From NCBI GenBank assembly GCA_000165345.1, contig CM000431.1:768001-832000 (forward strand): a stretch of 64,000 bases of DNA, read 5' to 3'. Below, piece after piece: positions 53,158-64,000 of this stretch (the first letter of the stretch is position 1; each line of letters begins with the position of its first letter). Made by a program: the position numbers and the translations under genes. A model generated the notes under the pieces. It did not search any database. It saw only the letters and a list, made by a program, of their open reading frames with translations, and had not been told where the DNA came from.

Positions 53158-53728
53158 GGTTTGATCACACGATTAATGCTCTATTAAAAATGATTTTTTT
53201 TCCAAGTTTGACATAGTTAAAACAATTATTAGGCGGCTTTCAGTATTTTTAATTGTCTCTTAAAATTAGAAGAAAATAGCATAGCTAATAATGAAAATCT
53301 ATAAAGTAATTAAGATTATCGTACTAACAAAACAATTTATTACAAATGAAAAATCTAGAAATCACAAAAAAAAAATTATTATTGCGAGTATTGAAATAGG
53401 TTATGACAGAATCAAAACGTATATCCTCCTATCTAATACTTTTAAACTCAATAAATAATATGTTCATTGTTATCTTTCTCTTAAATTTTTGTCTTTTCAT
53501 CGATGGATTTTTTTTTTTTAACAAGAAAATTATTAAATTGGGAATTAGCGCCATATATAAGCGCTGGCAAACTAGTTAGTTTGATGATACTTAAAGGCGG
53601 AGTAAATTAGCTTTTGTAGTCCGATTAGATTGAGTTAGCTAGTGGTTTTTCTATAAAGGGGGATTTAGAACAAAATTATTAACATATATGAGAGAACTTT
53701 TGTTATGAACGTAGGAAACTAACCTCTA

Positions 53729-56620
53729 ATGAACGACGCAGAGGAAGATTGGCAAGATCCGCTTTTGGATGTGAGCATTCCATATAATTCGCTTGCACCC
53801 TATGCACTGACTTGCTATCAACTTGATGAAGATCTTCAGGATTTAATATCATTTTTTTCAACTTTGAGCAAGGAAGATTTAGCTCATCATATAAACGAAA
53901 CGTCTTTTGAGTCCAGCTTACGTTTATTGAAGGATGTTCTACTCGTTCAACCAAACAAATTAGTCAGTTCTAATGGGAATGCACTCGCATATGAATTACT
54001 TGAAAGCAAGGAAGACCTTCAGAGAGACTTCAGTTCTTCAAGTGCTGATATTCTTACAAAGTTTCAAAAGAATGATTCAGCTGGAACTGACCTTTCAATA
54101 TTGGATTCTCCTAATGGTATTATTAGAGTGGCAAATGAAACCAAAGTTAGAACAGATATAGTGGGTGGCGACCCGACTTTAAATAATTCTCAATTTCTTG
54201 AGGGATCTATTCAAGCTTCTAATTCTTCATACAGAATTGTGAGTAATGGTGAAGAAAATAAATTTGTAGATCAATCCAAAATGCTAATGGCATTTTTCAA
54301 GGAGTTGGAGGCTGCCAAACTTTTTGAGAATTTGGAATCATTTTCTGGAATATTAGCAGCACATTCTATTCACTTGAAAATTCTTCAAGATGTTGTTACT
54401 GACATCTTCAGAGTAGAAGAGCTTAGATTAAGACTTTGTTCACAGCTTGCAGCCTTATTAAACCCCATTATTTTATCAAGATTGGAATCTTACAATAATT
54501 CACTATTCTTCACTGCATTTACAATTCCTTCAAACGAAGGCTCATCCATTGATTTAAGAGAAAGTCATTGCTCATTACCTAATCCAATCATTTATAAATG
54601 GCCTTCAAACTCTGTTTGCATTGAAGATTATAAACTGTATATGTCAAGGCTTCCTCTTTTATGTTTTTCTGAAGTATTTAAATTGGGTTCATGTATCAGT
54701 CAATCGTTAAAAGTTCATGATAATTATCAAAAAACAATAGAAACTGATGCTGAGCAGACTGTAGATTTCTCTGAAATCTATCCAGATGAATGCTCTATAA
54801 GAATAAAATCCTTAGACTCGATTTATAATCAAAGAAATGGCTCTCAGATAGACCATCCCTTGTTTCATGTAGATTATGGTTCTAATAGCAACTTGGATGC
54901 TAATAGTAATTTTGTTCATCATCCTTTATGTACTGATATTGCTCAGGATTCCAAAGATATTGAAAGAGACGTTATATTTGTTAATGGCAAGGAGTATAGC
55001 GGAGCTAATGGCGGCTACGAGAGAATTGTTTATATTGTTGCAAACCTGATTGAAAACTATTGGCTGAAATCTTCCAATGGATTTGAGGACTCTAATTTAA
55101 ATACTGAGACTAAAGAAGGTACCCTACAAGGCAGCAGTAAGACTGTTGAACTTTGCAGCGGATCAATCTTCAACTTAGTTAACAATGATCCAAACGAAAA
55201 TTATGATGAGAGAAACACTGAATCTGTCGTAATTGCAACAATACTACTTCATGTATTGAGTAGAACATTTTCAGGCGGTGCATGCTTTGACAAAGTCTCC
55301 CTTGTATATAATAAGCCAGACTGTATTGTGATTTCTCCAAATAGTAAGCGAGCAAGACCACTAGAGATGCTTATACTCCCAAATGTTGCTCTAATGCTTT
55401 CGACATTGAGGTTTAGACTATATGAAGTTATGGAGAATTTAACTGTAAATACGCAACCCTGCTTTCTGGTTGATACACATGTGGTGTCTAGACTTGTTCC
55501 TGACTCTGGGTTGATTGAATTGCTTCCATTTTATTCCTTTCACATTCTATCAAGAACTCCAGTAAGTAAGATCCCATCATCCATATACCAACACCTATTA
55601 AGGTGCGCAAATTTATTTCTTGCTAAGAATATTCTCTTTACAAGAGTCAAAATCGCAAAGAAAGTGGAAGCAGGTACGCAATCGGTGCCTCCAGTAGAGA
55701 TAGAATGCGAAAAACTACAACTAAATGTTGATCAACCATCTGAAGTTCGTGAAGAACCGTGCGGAAAATGTAACACGGCTCAAAATGATTCAAAGGAAAG
55801 TGATCAAAATGTTGCAGAGGCTTTTATTTCCAATAGTAAATGCCTAGACACTGATAAGATCATTGAAGTCACTGGAGACGACTTAACAATAATAACCCCA
55901 GGCGAAGCAGCTTTATTTAGAATGTTCACAAATATACAAGACAAGGAAGCTATACATAACAGCAGTATAGAAAACATTAACTTGAGTAACTCTGAAGTCT
56001 CCACTAATAAAGAGGCTGCGGAAGATAGAGATCGCTATGATTGTGATTCTAATGAATCTATTAAAGAAGAAATAAGGGATAGTGATCCTAGAATATCCAA
56101 TTCGGAATCAAAACCTCAACATACAGTTGTAGAACAAGATTTCCCGATGACGGTAGTGCCTGATAGATCTGTTCAAATTCACGCCTCAGTAAATTCCCAC
56201 CTTGAAGAACAAGAAGGTAATTCTTATTCAAATTACAACACTTTCAGAACTCAACAACAAAGCAATTCAGGAGAAAATCAAATTTCTGATAACACTAAGA
56301 ATTCTTCGTACTCTGATTATATCTCAACAGAAAGCAAAGAAAATAGTGAGAAAAGCTGTATTAGTTTTGGCCTGCAATCCGGTAAAAACATTCCTAAACT
56401 GTATCTTTGCCATAATGTTGAAATTCCAGATTCATGTTCTTTGACATCAAACATTTATATTGCATCGTCTGAAAATTCGTCTAATCTTGCAAATGACTTA
56501 TGTAACTTGCCAGCTGATTCAATTGGAGCCATTGACCAAGAAAATCAACAGCTTGCACTTTTCTTACAATCCAAGAGAGTTATTTCTCAATTTGGAATAT
56601 TTAACATTATTAATACTTGA
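53729..56620 (+). CDS. Hypothetical large protein (963 aa)
   Basis: Uninterrupted ATG-initiated ORF with an S/N-rich tail. No domain recognised by eye. Confidence 0.5.
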   Translation: MNDAEEDWQDPLLDVSIPYNSLAPYALTCYQLDEDLQDLISFFSTLSKEDLAHHINETSFESSLRLLKDVLLVQPNKLVSSNGNALAYELLESKEDLQRDFSSSSADILTKFQKNDSAGTDLSILDSPNGIIRVANETKVRTDIVGGDPTLNNSQFLEGSIQASNSSYRIVSNGEENKFVDQSKMLMAFFKELEAAKLFENLESFSGILAAHSIHLKILQDVVTDIFRVEELRLRLCSQLAALLNPIILSRLESYNNSLFFTAFTIPSNEGSSIDLRESHCSLPNPIIYKWPSNSVCIEDYKLYMSRLPLLCFSEVFKLGSCISQSLKVHDNYQKTIETDAEQTVDFSEIYPDECSIRIKSLDSIYNQRNGSQIDHPLFHVDYGSNSNLDANSNFVHHPLCTDIAQDSKDIERDVIFVNGKEYSGANGGYERIVYIVANLIENYWLKSSNGFEDSNLNTETKEGTLQGSSKTVELCSGSIFNLVNNDPNENYDERNTESVVIATILLHVLSRTFSGGACFDKVSLVYNKPDCIVISPNSKRARPLEMLILPNVALMLSTLRFRLYEVMENLTVNTQPCFLVDTHVVSRLVPDSGLIELLPFYSFHILSRTPVSKIPSSIYQHLLRCANLFLAKNILFTRVKIAKKVEAGTQSVPPVEIECEKLQLNVDQPSEVREEPCGKCNTAQNDSKESDQNVAEAFISNSKCLDTDKIIEVTGDDLTIITPGEAALFRMFTNIQDKEAIHNSSIENINLSNSEVSTNKEAAEDRDRYDCDSNESIKEEIRDSDPRISNSESKPQHTVVEQDFPMTVVPDRSVQIHASVNSHLEEQEGNSYSNYNTFRTQQQSNSGENQISDNTKNSSYSDYISTESKENSEKSCISFGLQSGKNIPKLYLCHNVEIPDSCSLTSNIYIASSENSSNLANDLCNLPADSIGAIDQENQQLALFLQSKRVISQFGIFNIINT

Positions 56621-57643
56621 CAAGTCAGCCAATACCTTTTTTACTTATTACCTTTTCATTAATGTGTTGTTCATTTAATCCAACTTATGATTGTGTAAAA
56701 CTTATTGCCGTGATTTTTATTGAATTTCAGGATCATTGGTGATTAATTTTAATACACTGATAATAATATATAAAAATTACACTTAGTATTCTATAATAAG
56801 CGTTCTTTTTATTTTGTACAAATTTCATTCCTAAAATTAAAAATCCATCAACTATGATTATGTTATTTTCTTTAGCATGGCAACTTTCGTTTATTCCAAA
56901 GCTATTAATTCTATAATCTTAAGTAGAGCTAGACTTTAAATCTATATAACTCTAAAACTTGCTTCAGGTGAAGATAGTGAGTTGAAACCTGTAACTTCAA
57001 CAGTCCATAACAAATTAATTAGTGATTATAACTTATTGCAGAGTTATTAATCGATTGAAGAGAATTCATTCTAAGCCTCTAATTTCGTTTTCTTTCCTCC
57101 TTCCAAATGTTACCCAAATGAATTAATATTCAACGAATGAGAAGTACATGTTTAAGTTTTTAATAGTAAAACACGTCACAACTCAATATTTAGAAACAAA
57201 CACACCAGAGAAAACCTGAACATGAAGATAAAACAATTAGTTTTAAACATTACTATCACGAAACACTTTTTTACAAAAAAAAATCGTCAATTTCGACGTT
57301 AGTCCGCAGGTGAAACAAAATTCGAGGTGGAGGCCTTTCTAATTATTTGTAAAGCGACATAATTCACTCCAGAATGAAAAACAAAAATTTAAGTATCAAA
57401 TAATTAAATCAAAAAGATGCCATCCAAACCAGTTTCTCTCTGGAAGAATGAAAGGTTATTTCTTAATACCCATCTGAATCCCAAATCAATGACTAATTAT
57501 AGAACTGTGTTAAAATAGCATAAAATAATTTCCCGAATCCCCTTGAGCTAGTTCAAATGCATGCAAGGGAGTACAATTTATTAATTTATAGTTAGAAACA
57601 GCCAAATTAAGACTGTTAACCATAATTCTTCAAAGTTCCAAAA

Positions 57644-57698
<55 letters not shown>

Positions 57699-57969
57699 TT
57701 ACATTATGAAAGGAATCGTTATAATCATGAAAAATAGTAATAATATAGTATTAAAATAACCCAAAATTACTAGTCAATAATCAATTATTAAATCATTCCA
57801 TTAAGCTTAACGAATTGGGTAATTCTGTACAAATGTAAATAATGAGCTGTATATTTATCCATCGTAATTGTCTTTAACAAAATAAATTCGTAAATGCTCC
57901 TTTTTATTAAATACGGATAACGCTTGTTGAATAATAATTATTATCAATGCTAAATACAAACGAAAGGAA

Positions 57970-62307
<4,338 letters not shown>

Positions 62308-63375
62308 TAGCCAATAGGATTAACTCCTATAAACGAAAAAGATCGAGATAATAAAGTCTATGTATTAACTCGTAAATACACCGATAATATTACGTTGCAA
62401 ATTGGAGTTATAGATTCGGAATCTAAAATGCCTCTAATTAGCAAACTAGAAAAATCCCTAAAATTAATTAGAAACTTTCCAATTAATAAGCTCTCAAATA
62501 TTCAGCTTATAAATTCTAAGTGCATAAAGATTCATACAGTATACGAGTCCTTATATTTTTTTACGCTTAAATTTTCATTTGAAAATAATTCTCTGTTCCA
62601 AACTCTTTAAATATTTGTATCTAAACAATCATGCTCCTGTTTAGTAAAATGAAAAAGATTCCAAACTTATATTTGATATGAAGATCTTGAGCCTCAACTT
62701 ATTTCGATTGTATCAAATACAAAATAAACAAAGTTCAGTTCAAACCTCCTGATCAACATAACCCAATAAATTCTTTATTTTAGAAACTTATTAATTTTAT
62801 TTCATTTCTAGGTTAATAGTCAGTTCGTACAGTCAATCTATTTCTTGCCACTATCTGACAATATTAATTTTTGTATTTAACTAATAATTTATTAATAAAT
62901 CTATCTATACGTCACGTTTTACGGTACCGCTGAATGTCTTAAACTTAATCTACATTTCTAACTGTTTAGATTGACTCAAAAGTAAATTCTGTCTTATTTC
63001 CACGCATTTCGCGTCTACTACTATTGGGCTGCTAGACACAAAACTGGGCGGGTGTCCCTTCTACCTATTTAAATTTAAAAGAGATAAGCATTAAAAAAAT
63101 AAAGTATTCATTGGAGTTCTATTCCAGATCTACTCACTTCGATATGTGTCTAACTATTAGTAAATTAAAATATATTTATTTCTATATTTACCTGAATTGG
63201 TTCGGTCCACTATGCTCACCGAAAAAAAGGAACTCTGGCGCTACTTTGAAACTGAATATTTAAAAAACAAAAATTTAGACAACTTAAAAGCTTCTCACTA
63301 AAATCTAGATGAGGAGAGGAGACTTTGACTTGTATCTCTCGTTTAGTTTGGATAGTTCATCTTAAGTAGCAGCTC

Positions 63376-64000
63376 CTACTGAATTGAACATGCACTTGTA
63401 GGATTCCATGAACACTCTCTGCAGCTAAAGAAACTTTTTTCGTAGCTTTCTGCACTGTCTACAGAGATTGTATCATCCATTGTCCTTGATCTAGTAGATC
63501 TCTTGAATCCAGTACCATTATCTTTTATTGTAATGATAACCATGTTGTTTGAAAGGCGACTTGTTGATTTAGATGGGTTGAAAGGCGAAATGTTAGAGTT
63601 ACTTAGTTTCTCTAGCTTGTTATTGAACTGAGTTCTGGAGTCAAAGTCAGAATCATTGAAAGAGAATCCCAGACTCGCTGCTTCCCCGTTTAAGACTCTC
63701 TGTAGGTCTTCCACTAGAGGTGTTACTGTTATTGACCTTCTTAGCTGGTTCCCGACACGAATAAACCTTAAAATTTTGGGCTCAGTAAATCTACCGGAAA
63801 TCCTTTCAAAAGAAATAGTTTCAGAAGCACCTCCAACCTCTGAATCTTTGTTTTCTGAGTATTCACCACCAGCGCAAACTTTTACGGTCCTGGAAAAGTC
63901 TGAAACTGTATTCCTGCAATTTGTCTTGGCTTCGTACACTGTTGTATCATTGCTGTGAGCAAATTGACCAGCTGTACCAGATACTGTTGTGGAAAGCACG
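63376..64000 (-). CDS. Hypothetical protein, partial (N-terminus beyond the window end)
   Basis: The ORF is open to the window edge and the track start is a GTG at the edge. S/T-rich with no recognisable domain. Confidence 0.35.
   Translation of the reverse strand, partial: VLSTTVSGTAGQFAHSNDTTVYEAKTNCRNTVSDFSRTVKVCAGGEYSENKDSEVGGASETISFERISGRFTEPKILRFIRVGNQLRRSITVTPLVEDLQRVLNGEAASLGFSFNDSDFDSRTQFNNKLEKLSNSNISPFNPSKSTSRLSNNMVIITIKDNGTGFKRSTRSRTMDDTISVDSAESYEKSFFSCRECSWNPTSACSIQ

Noticed and set aside
53703-53954. 83-aa minus-strand ORF overlapping the start of the 963-aa gene
   Set aside because: It overlaps the 5' coding region of a much longer ATG-initiated ORF in another frame and has no motif. 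Likely spurious.
63100-63300. Possible small spliced gene upstream of the last partial gene (GTAAAT and GTGAGT donor-like sites on the minus strand)
   Set aside because: Every exon combination I tried ran into in-frame stop codons. A 30-aa plus-strand ATG ORF is too short to call.

Overview
This window is 64 kb of an AT-rich (roughly 30% GC), very gene-dense eukaryotic nuclear genome with about 30 genes. It is not prokaryotic: genes are monocistronic on both strands, proteins carry low-complexity N/S/E-rich insertions, and there are short GT..AG spliceosomal introns.

Recognisable genes include exportin-1/CRM1 (runs off the 5' window edge and is therefore missing from the ORF track), SMU1, a kinesin, an MFS transporter, TFIIH p44, alternative oxidase, Rab5, TMEM33-like, RFC small subunit, GCN5, lipin, a GCN2-like eIF2alpha kinase, archaemetzincin, NOC4/CBF, AK6/Fap7, Med31, PheRS alpha, an SBP2-like L7Ae protein and one tRNA-Gly(UCC).

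The ORF track uses bacterial-style start codons (TTG/GTG) and cannot see introns. By hand I found at least 8 short introns of 43-51 nt (donors GTAAGT, GTTAGT, GTAATT, GTTTAA) joining or extending ORFs. These give a hidden 3-exon TRAPPC2/sedlin-like gene, a 3-exon ARM-repeat gene, and 2-exon DeoC-like, lipin and NOC4 genes.

Intron-poor architecture, AOX, an N-terminally extended GCN5 and GC-rich E2F-like boxes plus GCATGC boxes in AT-rich intergenic DNA fit a compact protist genome of apicomplexan (Cryptosporidium-like) type. An amoebozoan cannot be excluded, and the SBP2-like gene argues against an ascomycete yeast. The species cannot be confirmed from sequence alone.

There is no CRISPR array, operon or mobile element. 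I found no discrete novel 'system'; the most interesting items are the hidden spliced genes, the selenocysteine-machinery-like SBP2 homolog, an atypical kinase without a glycine loop, and the promoter motif architecture.
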